Source: Fimicolochytrium jonesii (Eukaryota). From it: a stretch of 64,000 nucleotides of DNA. The stretch lies in the NCBI RefSeq assembly GCF_025526975.1, contig NW_026515677.1, positions 62,001 through 126,000 of the forward strand, written 5' to 3'. The notes beneath the pieces are model-generated. The model saw nothing but the letters and a program-made list of their open reading frames with translations. It was not told the origin of the DNA and searched no databases. Made by a program: the position numbers and the translations under genes. This document shows positions 13,226-27,103 of this stretch, piece after piece (the stretch's first letter is position 1; each line of letters begins with the position of its first letter).

Positions 13226-14598
13226 AGGAGTTCTTGTACGGCGGCCCGTTTGAGGCGTAGCGTAGGGCGACGACGGATCTCTTTCCGCATGCATTGCCCA
13301 CGGCGCTTGCAATTTGCATACATCAGCCAACGCTCTTCATGAGCAGCATTCTCACCTTTTTGGTTTTCACATGGCGGTTAACATACACCCGTACATGTCT
13401 TGCACCCCTTTATATTCAATTATACCACCGGAACATCTTATATACCTATTTGCTCCTTGTACAACTTTTCAAGCAAAAGAGATGGATACGAGTGAGAGTG
13501 CTCGTTGGTGTTGGATGATATCGGTGCAAGATAGGCCGCTCCAGGAGCGAAGAAAAGCGCGGACATCTCTCACCACCAAAATTGACATGACCAAGGAGAT
13601 CGATCATCTCGACTCCAACCCATCATACACACCATCCCCCCAAAATGAGTCGCCGTCCACCCCGCTCACCCCTCACCACCGTCTCTGTGTCCCTCGGGCC
13701 CGCCCACACACCGTCCTCCCACTCACAAGCAGAAGCAGATATGGAGCAAAACGAAGACGACATTGCGCCGTCCTCGCCCATTGCCAATGTTGACACGGTG
13801 CCGTCGATGAACATCCCACGGTCAGCGTTTGAGAGGAGGTTTCATGCTAAGGAGGAGGCTTTTCCAGGTGGGTTTGGGTTAGGGGAGGGTGAGGGGTTGG
13901 AATGGCGGTGTGCGAAGGTGGCTGGGTGGGCTTGAGTGAGTGCTGGAGACCAGGTCCCTGCTGGAAACGAATGTGCCATGCGGAAGGTTGGGAACATGAA
14001 CCTACAAACGTCATCGAGAAGGAGGAACAGGAGCCGGGGGGTCATCTCGGCGAGCACAACGGAGCAGATAACCCCACATGAGGAGCGAACGAAAATCTCA
14101 ATATTGTCCTTGAGGCTTTCACAGATCTGTCCAGGTTTGAGGAACAGCTGCGATCCCGCCTGAAGGATGCGCGGACGGAGCAGAGGCGGTGGCAAGGTAA
14201 GGCGGCCGAGAGCAGATATGCAGGAATGGGGAATGGGAGAGAGACTCGGTGTCCCACCAAACCTCTGTCGCAACTCTTTGCTTTCCGCGCTCATCACTCG
14301 ATCTGCGACCATGCTTGGCCTAACATACGCGGAGTGGAGGTATTGAGCCTGCGTAGAGGGATGTGAGTTCGTTTGGGAGGATGGATGAGATGCCGGGGAA
14401 GGATGTGTGGTGGAGGGGCGGTGTTGGTGCTTCTCGAGTCATTACGAGGGAGTGTGCTGGTTGTTGTCGTCGGAAAGAACGGACTGGGGTCACCACGTCA
14501 CGCGCCTCTCGAGTCTCACTGCATCCACCACTCCCGACTGAGCTTCCGTACTCAACACGACAGTCTTCGTCTTGTCATCTCATCACTTAACGACCACA

Positions 14599-15738
14599 AT
14601 GTCCCATTCTAAACACTCCGAACGCTCCCACTTCGACGGAACCCCCGACGCCGCACCACCACCAGCAACAACGACCACCTATGTCATCATCACAGGCGGA
14701 AACGCAGGCCTCGGCTTCTCCACCGCCGACTCCTTGCTCTCAACTGCAACTCCCGCTCAACACCGCTTCCATATCACGTTAGCCTGCCGTAACGAAGAGA
14801 AAGCAAAGGACGCTGTCCGAAAACTCAGGGACACACACCCGCTTCTGGCTGACTTTGTCGAGTCTATGAAGTTGGATTTGGCGGATTTGGGGAGTGTGAA
14901 GAAGTTTGCTGAGGAGTATGAGGGGAAGGGATACCCCTTGCACCTGTTATTGAACAATGGTGGAATCTACCCAAGTTCCAAAACCCCCGTCATCATCGAC
15001 GTCCAGGCCCCCAACGTCTCCAATGTCGCAGTCGCAGAAGGCAGCACTCCCACGAAAACAACACGTCTAGAACAGACCTTTGCAACGAACTATCTCGGCC
15101 ACTTCTACCTCACCACCCTCCTCCTCCCCCTCCTCAAACGGACCGCCCGCGAACGCGGCAAGACAACTCGCATCGTAAACGTCTCCTCCGAGCTGCACCG
15201 CTTCGCCCCTTCCGTCGACTTCACCAACCTCGACTACTCAAAAGATCCAACGGCATATAGTATCCGCGGCAGCTACGCGACGTCCAAACTGGCGATGATG
15301 TATGAAACGATCTTTCTCGCGGGGTGGATCCCGCCGTTGTCGCCAAAGATGTCTGATCACCCGCCTATCAACGACGCGGGCGTGCCGGCAGCGTCTCCCA
15401 AGGGCCCTCCACTCGTCTCCATCAACTCATGCACCCCCGGCTTCGTTCCCACGACCCAAATGGGCAACGACAACTCCCGCTTCAACGCATTCATGTCCAA
15501 TCATATCCTCACCTGGCTGCCGTTTGCAAGGACGATCGAGCAGGGGACGAGGTGTATTGTGCTGTGTGCTACGAGCCCACTGACCGGCGAGGGATCGGGC
15601 CACTATATGAAGGATTGCAAGGCGTGTGAGCCGGCGAAAACGTATTGGGATGATTCCAAGTGGGGGGAGTGTTGGAGGTGGAGTTGTGAGGCTTGCGGCT
15701 TGGATCCGGATGAGACGTTGGAGATGGTTGAAAGTTGA
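14599..15738 (+). CDS. Short-chain dehydrogenase/reductase (retinol dehydrogenase/WWOX-like)
   Basis: TGGNAGLG cofactor motif, LDLADLGSV, NNGG, FATNYLGHFYLT, IVNVSS, catalytic YATSK. Confidence 0.92.
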   Translation: MSHSKHSERSHFDGTPDAAPPPATTTTYVIITGGNAGLGFSTADSLLSTATPAQHRFHITLACRNEEKAKDAVRKLRDTHPLLADFVESMKLDLADLGSVKKFAEEYEGKGYPLHLLLNNGGIYPSSKTPVIIDVQAPNVSNVAVAEGSTPTKTTRLEQTFATNYLGHFYLTTLLLPLLKRTARERGKTTRIVNVSSELHRFAPSVDFTNLDYSKDPTAYSIRGSYATSKLAMMYETIFLAGWIPPLSPKMSDHPPINDAGVPAASPKGPPLVSINSCTPGFVPTTQMGNDNSRFNAFMSNHILTWLPFARTIEQGTRCIVLCATSPLTGEGSGHYMKDCKACEPAKTYWDDSKWGECWRWSCEACGLDPDETLEMVES

Positions 15739-16003
15739 GTCGACTTGGAAGGGAAGGCCAAAACCTACTTGTACATAGAGGTCACTCATTTTAGCAATTG
15801 AAATAGCATGAGAGATACGCGGCATTGCGCATGGAAGTCGAAGTGGTACGTACATGCCGACCGGGGATATCGCCCCTCGCCCGGTCTTTGAATGCGTAAC
15901 GTGTGGGGACGAGTTCTCCCGACGACGTCCTGCGGAATGAATTAACAATACGCCATGATTGTATGAAAAGGTATTTCTTTCAAATAGCAGCTTTCACCAA
16001 AAA

Positions 16004-16082
16004 TCCTCCATCGTGCAACGGCTAGGAAAGGAGTATACAATAGCAACATTCATCAAATGCTCCATGGTCCAACGGCACAGGA
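16004..16082 (+). repeat. Two degenerate copies of the tRNA-Glu 5' end (acceptor 5' strand + D arm/A box)
   Basis: 16004-16027 TCCTCCATCGTGCAACGGCTAGGA (22/24 to tRNA start); 16058-16076 TGCTCCATGGTCCAACGGC (18/19). Confidence 0.8.
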
Positions 16083-16185
16083 GCGGATGTGTGAAACATG
16101 ATCTCGAGCTTCCGTCCAGCATCCACAAGTTTTCAACCTGAGCAGTATATGAGCCAAGATAAAAACCTTCCTTAACTTTCACAAG

Positions 16186-16257
16186 TCCTCCATGGTCCAA
16201 CGGCTAGGATCCGTCGCTTTCACCGACGTGGCCCGGGTTCGACTCCCGGTGGGGGAG
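16186..16257 (+). tRNA. tRNA-Glu (TTC), intronless
   Basis: Acceptor TCCTCCA/TGGGGGA; anticodon arm CGTCG-CTTTCAC-CGACG (TTC at 16219-16221); T arm CCGGG-TTCGACT-CCCGG; T-runs downstream (Pol III terminator). Confidence 0.96.
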
Positions 16258-19200
16258 CTGCTCTTTTGCCCAGCTTTTTTGCTCGTCCCTCCCTCAGGGT
16301 TGAAAGACCTTTTCTCAGAGGAAATTATTCGGCTGTTGAAGGAATTGATCAGATTTTGGATGTTTTTTGGGACAATCACGTAATTCAGACTTTCAAGGCT
16401 CGGCTGGTATCTCCGTCCTGCATGTTTTCGGCACACACCGAGCTTCCGGGCCGGTGTGTCGCGACAACAAGAGCGGGCAAGAGCAAGGCACGTTCTTAGA
16501 CTATGTATAGATCAGACTGCGAAGTTGGCTTCGGCAACACCTATATTATTTCAAAATTGATGTTTCCGAACCAAAAATCCAACACCTGCACCGTTGATGG
16601 AATCGCCTCTTTCTTTCTGCGACAGGGGAGGCAGCCGTCTTGTGCTAGCTTGCGCACGTTGGAAGAAGGGCGCGATGTCCATCGAGCTGTCGAGCGGTTT
16701 GAGGACATCAACTGCGTCCGTCGTCATATCTCTCTTGTGGAGTTGGAAGATTTCCTCGGCGTTGTTGTGGGCAGGCTCCTGTCACGGTGGTGGTCTACTC
16801 CACTCGACGGAAATCCAGGTCGTTGCACCTTTCATGATTTCCGCTCCCTCTCGCACATGATTCCTACTCCGCTTCTGCCTGCCTGACATTTGAGGTTAAA
16901 AAAAAGCAGGCTTTCTGGTCAGCAAGGTTCCGGGAGCGAATGCGAACTTCCCAAATGTCATCGAAGTCAGCTATTGTACGGCGTCTAGCCTTCCTTTCAC
17001 CGCGTCGAGTAATCGAGTAATCGAGTCGCTTTCCAAGACATCAACGTCCTTTTGCATGATTGCAGTCTCCTCCCATTGCTTATGTTCCCGGTGTCAAATC
17101 CTTGTGCTCACGTAGAGAGTTGGAGAAGGTCGAAGGAGATGAACGAAGAAACGAAACCTGTTCAGCCACTCGACGATCTTGGGACCCAGCCCAATCTTCT
17201 AAATGCCTCATCCAATAGCCCATTTTGGTCAGATGGGCTCAACGCAACATTCTTATTCGCAGGGAGGAGCTTGTTGTCCCACCCAAAGCGATGGCGTCCC
17301 AGCCGGAGCTCGACAAGGCTTCCCCTGCACTGTAACTCCCCACACCGCGACACGAGCTTCTCTGAACGAGGAGGACGTACGTAAGACGCTTTCTCGTAAT
17401 TGCTTCTTATCGTCGGTTGCAATGACAGTCGGAGACCGTTTCATATTTTCGTCTTGTTTCCCAGGCAAATTGGTTCGGCGTACATGGCACCCCTTGGCAC
17501 CCAACCTATTTCCGCCATTTCGGAGGTTACCTACCGCTGAATGGCGCCGCCACCGACAAGGTGCCATGCACGAACGACAATGCGCCTAGTCCGATGTTCT
17601 CCCATTCCTCGTTCATCGATTTTCGATATTCCGTCGTGCATACCCACAAAGATGCCGCCGGATGCGTTGAATAACGTATCAAATCGAGCTTTGTCCGTAA
17701 AGTGTTTCTTTACGGGCATGTTTCATATGACCGTTTTGTCGAATCGCACGACGAATCCCACAGAAAGTCATCTCGGTAGCAGGTTCTGCCAGATCCCATT
17801 TGAATACCAGCAGAAGACCACGAAACATTCAAGCGTTTTGGAGGAGTTGGGTGCTTTTGGCAGGCTGGTCAAACTCAAACCTACTAAGGACCGAGCTGAC
17901 CACCTCGTTGTCGTCCGGGAGCGCCCTCCAGAAGGCCCCCTGGGATGCAAAGCCAAGGACCTCGGAGGTCTGCAACCGGATGACCTTCCTGGCCGCAAGC
18001 CCCAAGGCATAAGTAGCGCAGGCCGGGGAGGTCATCCGGTTGCGGCATGGAGGTCCGGGGCTTGGGCGGAGGAAAGGCCGCCACAGCTGGGTCCATAGCG
18101 AGGAGGGAGCCCGCCAAGGCGTTGAGAGCGGCGCTGCTCTTGAAGAGTGTTGAGGCCGAAGCCAAGGTTGCTCACATCCCGAAGAAAAAAGGGTGGTTGG
18201 CGGTTGACCATTGCTTTTGCTTGTGGTGCATGTGCGACTTCGGGTGGCAATATGGGGAGAAAAGAGGGATCGGGAGGGGCTCCCCTCCCCCTCCCAAACT
18301 GCTGGCGTCCAGCCAGAGCTCGACAACGGCTTCCGTCGGCGCACCTTCCAATGGCACTGACGTCAATGTCACCAGTTCGGGTTTACTGGCCTACTGAGTC
18401 CCTAGATGTGCAACATGAAAGGTCGTGCGTCTTCGCAACTCACGCTTTAGCCCCACAAACACTTCGATGATTTCCAAAACGAGAGCAAGTTGCCGTACAC
18501 TCTTCAGCTTCGAATGCTTCACGGCTGCACTCGCGGCTACTGCCCAGGGCAGGATGTTCATGAGCGGACCCACTTCTTCGATATGACCTTTACTGGGCCA
18601 CGGTAACAACACTGGTACGAAGCGATTGCGTCCGTGTCTCCCATTACCGATTGTTGCGGAGGGCCCAGATGGGTGCGCTCGACTCCTAGACTAAGGCATT
18701 CGGCTGATTGTTGAGCTGGCGCACCTGACATTGATGTCAGCTTCTTGATATGGATCGCGATTACTTACGGACAACCCCAGCGAGTGCGTCGTGTTAAGCT
18801 CTGCGTATAACGACTCGAGTAGTTTCAGTGTCTCTCCAAACATCGCAGACCACTCCTCCCAATGCATTTCCAATGAACAAAAAACAAGGGAGAGCGTGGG
18901 GTGGCGGTCAAGAGAAGCAACTTTGTGAACGCCTCCAGGCTTTCCGCTTCCGAGATGGGGGCAATTTGCTGCAGCAAAGCAGCGACTTGCGTCCCCGGCC
19001 AGGCGCACGGCCATCTCCAAGAATCTCCCTGCTTCCTCATGGTCAACGATCATCGATTGCTTCGTTTATGTCCCGTCAAAGAGTCGTCGACGGACGAGTC
19101 ATCGGTGGAGTGATCAACCACGACTTTCAATGAGAAACAGCAGTATCCGTTCATATCTTCCTGCGACTGCGCCCTGTGGGATCGAGCACAGAAAGTCTTA

Positions 19201-19609
19201 CCCAGATTGGTCTGGGTCATCAACCGAAGTCCGCCTCACAACCTCCGGACAGGTCGTTCACGATATCACCGACGCTCTCTTCTCCCTGCGTACCGAACGC
19301 TAAGGAATTCGCCATTCCCAACGATTGTATCCTCTCAATTCTCCGCTTGTTTTGGCTCCCCCGTTTCTTTTCCTCCATCAGAGACTAAGTCTGCAGAGAC
19401 TTCCTTTCCACAGGTCTTTACCCCCGGCTGTTTCACGCTATTCCCTGTCTGTCGGACTGTCTCAGCGGACTTGGGCGGCTGCTGCGAGGAAACCCAGTCA
19501 AGCACATTTGCAGTCTGAGCCCAGATTCAACAACAATATCGAAGTGTATGTAGCTGCTGTTTTGGTGCGAAAAGCAGAGACCTTCATTTTCTGACTTGCA
19601 CAGCCCAAA

Positions 19610-20658
19610 ATGGTAAGGGCTCTCTTGAATGATGCTTGGAGAACTGAACGACTCGATTGCACTGACGACTCTGACGACCGAAACTTCAAGGCGAAACCAA
19701 ATTCCAACAAAGCCGGCATCGGCCGCTTCAGCCCCGATGCCGATGATAACCAGCAGCTCCCAGCGCCAAAGAAACGCAGATACCACCCATCTGATCCGGC
19801 GCTCGACAACGAAAATAAAAACCATGATCTGCGCTCGCCTGCGACCAAGAAACCACCCTCATTCGTCGTACCTCCCTTGCCCAGCCTCAAAAATGAACCA
19901 CCCTCAAAGACCACAAATGAACAAGTAGCAATCCAACCCAACTCCGCAGAAGCTGCAGAACCTGCAGAATCTGCCAAGTCCGCCGACCCCACGGAAACCC
20001 CTACCAAAGCAAACGACACAAACGACATCTGGACCAGGCCGCGATTCAGGACCGTTGTTGATACTCAAGAGCGCCGCCGCCGACCGGACCCAGACGGTAC
20101 AGACCTGGAATACCCACCCAGCCCTGACTTGCGCGGGTTTGATGAGTACAAGAAGCGGTGGGATGAGTGTGCTGGGCAACATGGTGATGATGAGGTAGGG
20201 TGATCAAGCAGACCGTCCCCAATTTCACCCATCCGAGCACCATTCCTCCCTCCCCATATCCCACTACAGGATTCTTCAACCTGGCCCACAACCACCCTTT
20301 CTACCCCTCTCGACACCGACGACCTCGACACCTGGACCGCAACGCTCTCCACCCTCTCCCTCTCTGCACCTGTCGACACAACCTCGCGCGACGACCCGCG
20401 GTTCTTTCCCGACAGATTCCTTGTCGCGCCGGTCGGGACGCATGGGAGGGTGGATAAAGCGAGGGAGAGGAGTTTGAGTCCGGAGGAGAGGAGGAGGGGT
20501 GCGAGGGATTGGTGGGCGGCGTGGAGGTGAGTTGGGAGGCTGGGGGTTGGATCTGGATCGAGGCGGGCGTGGTTCCGTTGCGATGAATGTCAAATTATCT
20601 CTCGATTATGCTCTTCGCTCTCCAACCTCTCTCTTTCGAATGCAGGTATGAGGAATGA
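19610..20658 (+). CDS. Hypothetical three-exon protein, low complexity
   Basis: ORF from 19610. Introns GTAGGG..CAG (20194-20269) and GTGAGT..TGCAG (20527-20645) keep the frame to TGA at 20656-20658. Confidence 0.5.
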
Positions 20659-22549
20659 TAGGTCCATCGGGAAGAAAAGCAGGAGTTGACAGTTCAGCTC
20701 AAGGAGCCCTGCACATTGTTGCTTATCGTGTGGGGTTTCGATTGGGGGTTGAATTCAGCCTCGGAGCGAATTGAGGGAGCAGAGCTTTGAAAGCCGCACA
20801 CTTCGCAATTGCTCATAATGTACGTTCCAGGTATGTATTACATGTACAGCACCGCGCGACAAGCACCGCGCGACACGCATGCATCGGGGATGTCCTAATG
20901 GACGTAAATGCTCGTGCCATTCAGAAAAAGGAGTTCTGAAGGCAAAATGAATGTTCATTCGCAATATACCCGTAAACAATGTAACACATCTTAACAGCAC
21001 GTAACGTAGTGTGCTTTCTTGATATTTTGAAAGATGTATATGGATCAGTTTGTAATGGAGCTATGGTACATGGGAACAGGAAAATACGATGTGTTGTTTC
21101 CATCTGAGGACTTCCAGCCCAAAAAAGTGCCGCGCCAAGGTGAGCCGATTATGTCCGCCCCTGTCGCGGGCATGACTATCGCGCCTAGCGCGAGGGCACC
21201 GGGGGCGATGGACGAGCGCTTGAAGCACCGAGAGCGAAGATGGGGGTTAAACTTCGCAGCATCTCTTTCCAAGCTCAGCAAAATGTGTTCCTTTCCTTTC
21301 GGCCTCCACGGCGGCCGTGTACATGTACGGGAGGGCCGAGCGGGAGGGCATGGGTGGAGGTCCCCGCTGCACTCGGCTTCCTAGGCCTTCATTGGATTGA
21401 TGTTGTCATTGGCTTTCATTTCCTCGTATCCCCCTCACGATCTTTATGGTGAATCCTTCAAAAGAAGGTCCTAGCCAGGGGCATAAAGCTGAAGCACAAG
21501 CCTCATGCCCGGGACATCTGGTAGATATGCTGGTATGCTTGGATGGCAGTTGGCAAGTTGCCGACAGAACTCTGGCATGCGAGGAAAACTTGAGCGACGC
21601 CCCCTCCACGCGGGCATACACGTATGGGAGACGCTCGAGGCTCTTCCATGTGGTGCAGAGCCAATCGAAGGCGATGCACGGAGCTTCCAGGTGTTCACGA
21701 TACAAGTGTGCGGTCGCGGAATCCAAACCGCGCCGCTGTCGCAAAGGCCTTTCGCTCAGCAAGTTGAACGCCGCTTCCAGACGAGATTTCCTTGGCAGCA
21801 GACCCGCAAACTCTCTAATCAGATGCTCTATTGTTATTCGAATAGGAAAGGCTTTTGGAGCCTTTGTTTGCATTCCGATACAATTTCAAATGAGCGAGCT
21901 CCTCCTGCAGGCCGACTTCGGAACGGGGTGAAGATCTTCCACAACGATCATCTGGGCATTCGCTGCGGATACACCTTCGAGCCGCTGGCCGGAACGAACC
22001 AGGGGGGGGGGGTGATGGTGACGGTGGAGGGGCCGTTGGAGACGTAGGCGGGAATCTGTTCGGCAGCCGAATAGGGGGATTCCGAGAAGAACTGGTTTAT
22101 GTTGATGAGCGCCATATTCAAAGACGAGGAAAACTGGAACGAAAGGAGCAGCCTCGAGATTCGAGTGGTCCCTGAACTTGGCGGTTTGAGTGACGGTGGT
22201 GGGATAGAAGATGCTCGGGAGCGCTTTAACGGCCTTTTCACTCTCCAATGCAGCTCCCGTTGTTTGTTCGGATGCCCCTGTGCAATGAGGGGAATGAAGA
22301 TGCCCTCAGGGAAGGTTATTTGGGAGCGGAGTTGCTGCGCTTTGGCTGCGCTCCGCGACTTGAAGCACACTCCGCCCATCTCCTCCGTGGCCTGACGAAC
22401 GGCACACCTTCATGCACACAAGCGACATATACAACGGTGCTATCTATCTCATTATAATCAGTCTCTCTGCCTATGCGTCGTCCTCTAATGTCACATTCGT
22501 GCGGATTGTTCAAGATACCGGGTGTCGCAAACCCTTCTCGCATGAAGTC

Positions 22550-24026
22550 TCACAACTTATATCCCTTGATCGGGCCCCTCCCTGCCGGCACCGCCCCTCT
22601 TCCCCCAACGCTTCTCCCCGCCCCCACCTTCACCAGCGGCCTCTCCTTCAACCACCCTCTGATCACCTCCCCAACACCCTCCCACCCGTCATCCAAATGA
22701 CAATGATGCCCGCCCTCCACCTCCACAACCCTACAATCCCGCACCAGCCCCTTTCGTAGCTCAATGAGCCGGCGCGAGGCTGGGAGGCCGTGGGTGCCGA
22801 GGATTATAAGCACGGGCGCGGTGATGGAGGAGAGGAATGTGTGGAGGACGGGAGGCGGGAGGGCGAGTTCTGGCGGGTAGGAGCGGATGCGGGGATCGAA
22901 TGTGAATGTGTAGTGGGTGGTTGTGGTGGCCGATGGGATGCGTGTTGAAATTGGCGTTGGTGTGGGAGCAGGAATGGATGATAAGCCCACAGGGTCGAAG
23001 GTGTCAACAGCCACATCCGACCCACTCTCCTGATCTCCAACAGCCACCGCCCCACGTTCCACAAGCACCCTCGCCGCCTCCACACTCAATGGCATCGCCC
23101 GGCTCCCGCTTGCTCTTACAACCGCGCACTCCTCTAAGCTCCCATACACGCGTTTGCCCCTCCCTCTACCAGGCGCGCTATCCGGTAATGTGAGTTGCGT
23201 GGCCCACAACTTCGCGTAGAGCTGTTCATCGGCGGGTGGTGGAGGTGGCCCGAGGTTTTCAATGAGGATGAGGTGGGTTATGCGCGTGGTGAGGATCGAG
23301 GCGATTATCGTGCTGATGGCGCCGCCCATGCTGTGGCCGAGGAGGGCGAACCGGGTCCAGCCTGGGGATGATGTGAGATAGCTGTCTCCTTCGCGATTGT
23401 TGAAGCCCTCGATTACTCACCCAACTGCTCCACAATCATGATCGAATCCTCCGCCCATTTATTCGGCAAATAATCGCTCTGCGGGTGTCGGTGCGCACTA
23501 CGCCCATGGCCCGCAAAATCGGGAGCGATGATATCCAGCCCTACTCCAGACTCATCGTTGTGGTGTGCGAGAAGGTAGGGGATGAGGCGGTCGAAGGTGT
23601 TCGCGTTGTCCAGCCACTGTGAGATTGGAAAGTGAATCAGTCTTGAAACGATGATGCACGATGAACGGATGAAATGAGTTGGGTCGACCAAATTCGTGTA
23701 TGTCGAACGCAATTGCCTTCCTTAAGCAAACCTGCGCTTAACGGGCAGAGCCCTCGCTCTCGCGGTCCTTCGCCAGCCCCGCTCATACTTGGGCCTCAAC
23801 AACCCTGTGCCTCCCTTTCGCTCGCTACAGACCCTCGCTGTCGCTCGAGCAACACAGGCTATCTGAAGTTTCAATCGGTCATACTTCCACCTCCGATACT
23901 CACCCCATGGAGCGCCAAGATGGGAACACCTCCTTTCTTTCCCCACCGCTTCACTTGAATTCGCAGGGTCCCAGCGCGAACCAGGAAGCTCTCCTCACGC
24001 GGGGCGGAAGGGATGCTGGCGGCCAT
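22550..24026 (-). CDS. Alpha/beta hydrolase, serine hydrolase-like (SERHL/kraken family), 3 exons
   Basis: Spliced LALHG|WLDNANTF, APDFAGHGRSAH, GHSMGG nucleophile elbow, C-terminal GGHHCHL. Confidence 0.87.
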
Positions 24027-27000
24027 ATTTGTCGGAGAGTGCTGATACTTTGTCGCCTGTTTTCCTTGGGACCTTACACTACGATGAAGAACGTAATTGT
24101 CACACTTGAGGGTCAACACTCCTGAAGAGAGATGGACAGACAGGAAGTGAGCGAGAATAAATAGCGGAATACGGCGGATATGGACGGCGGACAACCAGGT
24201 GATGAATGCTGTATACGGACGAAGGGAAGACGGGAAGGGGTCCGCGGGGCCACATGCAAAACGACGGTGGCAGGATAAACAGCAAGCATCCCTCTCCGCC
24301 CGTCCCACTCTGGCGCTCGCAGACGCGTTTGTCATCTTCCGCCACGGTCCACGGAGGAATGTCGGCCAACTTCATCGCAACTCAGAGTACGATGGTATCA
24401 AGTCTAGACGATCTGACGATTCCTGCTGTACCCAAGATCGCCACAAAATAGCTTGTCGGCATTGAATGTATGGCCATCGTCACCCCAGGCAACATCAATT
24501 GGCATTTTAGGGTTGTAGGTTTGAAAACCATGTTTCGACACCCAACCCTGACGTACCATAAGTGTTGTACATCCTGTATCGATCAAAATGCGACAAAACT
24601 TGCCATGAACCACAAATGCCCACCGTGCGATCAACGCATCGGGTTGCAACTGCAGTGCTTCAGGCCTCGGAAAAATGGTTTCAGTCTCGTCTGGCCGGCA
24701 CTTGCGCGCCCCCGCAGCAGACGTATTGCCACAATCAACCAGTATACCATCAGCGGACTCAGGGCGTATAGCCTCAAGTTCCTCTTCAATGGACACCATT
24801 GCACAATGAGACAAATAAACGGTGTCTTTATTAAACGTCTCTACTGAAAACCCTTTTTCTGACCAGCGTCCCAACGCGGCTTATCCTTAACCTCGTTGGA
24901 CTTCTTATCCTTCTTCTTAGGACAATCTTGCGCACGATGACCCATCACGCCACAATCGAAACACTTCATGTTTGAGAGGTCAGGACGTGCGTAAGGTTTA
25001 GCAGCTTCCGCCTCCTTAGCTTTCCCCCCCTTCTTACCCGCAGTACCCGTGGCAGAAGAGACATTAGCACGTTTAGGTGCACTACTACCAGAAGCAACCG
25101 CTTTATTGTTTGCGTCGGTTCCCTTATTGGGCGAGACGACGTACAGCAAAGGAAGTAAGCGCACGATCCATCAAACAAATTAACGGTTATGTGAGCATAG
25201 GGTGTTGCTCCCTGCAATCAACCATTGTATGCAACAACGACTGGGCGATCTCATAGCCGACGGTATTGGTCTTATCGCGAGTAAGACAACAAAGAAACAG
25301 GTTATTCAAATCGTCAGGAGTGATAACCTCCAGGTTGCGCTGTGCCTCGACAACGATACGTTTGAACTCCGTCACATATGAAGCCATCGATTTGATAGCC
25401 ATTTCCAAATCCTCTTTCTGCATGTCAACCCTGGATGCGGTATCTAACCAGGTACGTGCGTCGCTTTCAAGCGAGCCAGATACCTTCTGCCTGTACTTAA
25501 AGTCATCAATCGGAAGATCAAAAGTAAACATGAAGTCCATATGCTTCTGCAAAAATGTGTCAAAAACAGTGGCCTTGCACCTTTTGCCGTTGAACGGATG
25601 CTGCGAGATCCATGTACCATGGTGCCTACGATGCTCGATATAGAATGGATCCACCAACCCATCCTGCAGCACATCACAGCGCATTGCGGAGTCATGCTCC
25701 AACGTAGCTCACAAACGATCCTGTCAAGCCTGATGTTCCTCGGCATGTTGATCGCGAACTTCTGCTTGAGCGGCAGCCGCAGCAGCCTTCATTTGGGCAT
25801 TGAGCTCCTCGACAGAGATCGTCAACATAGCCGTAGCGGGCGGGTGACCAGGAGGACGAGGAGGAGGGAGGCAAACTTCAACACGATGTTCGTCAACCGA
25901 ACTCCCTGGCTCCTCAATGATCTCAGTAATAACAGCCGTACCCCCAGGAGCAGTTTCATCACTCCTGGTAACTGTACTACCCGTTGATGTACTCATGACG
26001 ACCTTCTGGCCAGTGTTATCTCGTTTTCAGGTCGAATAACCTCAAACAACAACGAATACAACCAGAATGCGGACAGAAGTACTCTGTTGATGTTGTATAC
26101 CTCAGTACCTCGAGCAAATACACACAAACGACCAGGTTCTCCAATCAGGTATATGCCGTACGCAACAACCAAAATTTGGGCATAGATTTTCCCTCTTTTT
26201 GAGCGAAAAATCCCCAAAATCCACCGTGTCCGATGTCGGCGGGTTTTGGCTGCGTTGATCCTGAACAGGATCTAAAGCTATCAGTTTGAAGAGGCCTTTG
26301 AGAGGATCAAGAAGAACCTAACGGCTTAGCTCTGTCCCAGAACTGAAAGACTCTTCCTATCTGCCCGTTTTCGCTTAAGTATCGAATTATCCACGAAGGC
26401 GATGACAGATTACTCGTTTTACAGTGATTCAACAATTCCAAAACGTTCAGGTAAATTCAAGGTAATTCTCAGGGTCGGGAAGAACCTTATCGGGGGTCGT
26501 GTCAGTCAAAACTGTGATAGTTTTGCTATACAGAGGTTATAGTGGCGACGATTTAGCGCGTTTTTCAATATCTCCGTATCCGTAGATCAAATCTCTTCGA
26601 AACTTTCACAAGTCTTCAAGATCAGTGGGCTCTACCAGGTTTCCGAGTTTCAAGGGGATCGAATAACTGGGGTAGATTTCCGATCCGCGAACGGGTTACT
26701 AATTGGCTACTAGTAAACACGCGCTTATGTCGACTACGTGTCGACCGTTGAACGTATACTCTCAAGATGTTAGTATACCGAAAGAGTAAGGAATGGATGG
26801 CAAACTGTGAGTTACGGAGGTTTGTTTAACCATCCAGGTGCGAAAAGCGAGGTGGTTGCAACGTATCGGTTGTTCCACTAGGTAAATAACCTAGAGGTCG
26901 GCGCTTTTCAACTACAGGGCACTAGGGGCTTCAGGAGTTGCAGTGGACGTTGTCCTGGACGTCCTGGAGGCTATATGAATCGTCTAGAATGATTGTATTG

Positions 27001-27089
27001 ACGTTCTGTGACGATGGCTACATCTGCAATTTCGAGATGCTGAAGTTGCCAACGTGTTTATCTACTAGGAAGCTCGTTTTGCTCAAAAT

Positions 27090-27103
27090 GAGTGGTGCTA
27101 CCA
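27090..27103 (-). promoter_or_regulatory. Primer-binding site complementary to the 3' end of initiator tRNA-Met
   Basis: Minus strand TGGTAGCACCACTC directly abuts the LTR; the plus strand GAGTGGTGCTACCA resembles the yeast iMet 3' end GAGCGGCGCTACCA. Confidence 0.75.

Noticed and set aside
16004..16209. CRISPR-like repeat-spacer appearance of three ~24-bp repeats
   Set aside because: Repeats are tRNA 5' sequence, spacing is irregular (54 and 128 bp), the context is eukaryotic and there are no cas genes.
16500..22400. Protein-like ORF fragments on the minus strand (e.g. 18691-19053, 21406-22379)
   Set aside because: Could be pseudogene or transposon relics, but I recognise no family; needs tBLASTx/HMM search.
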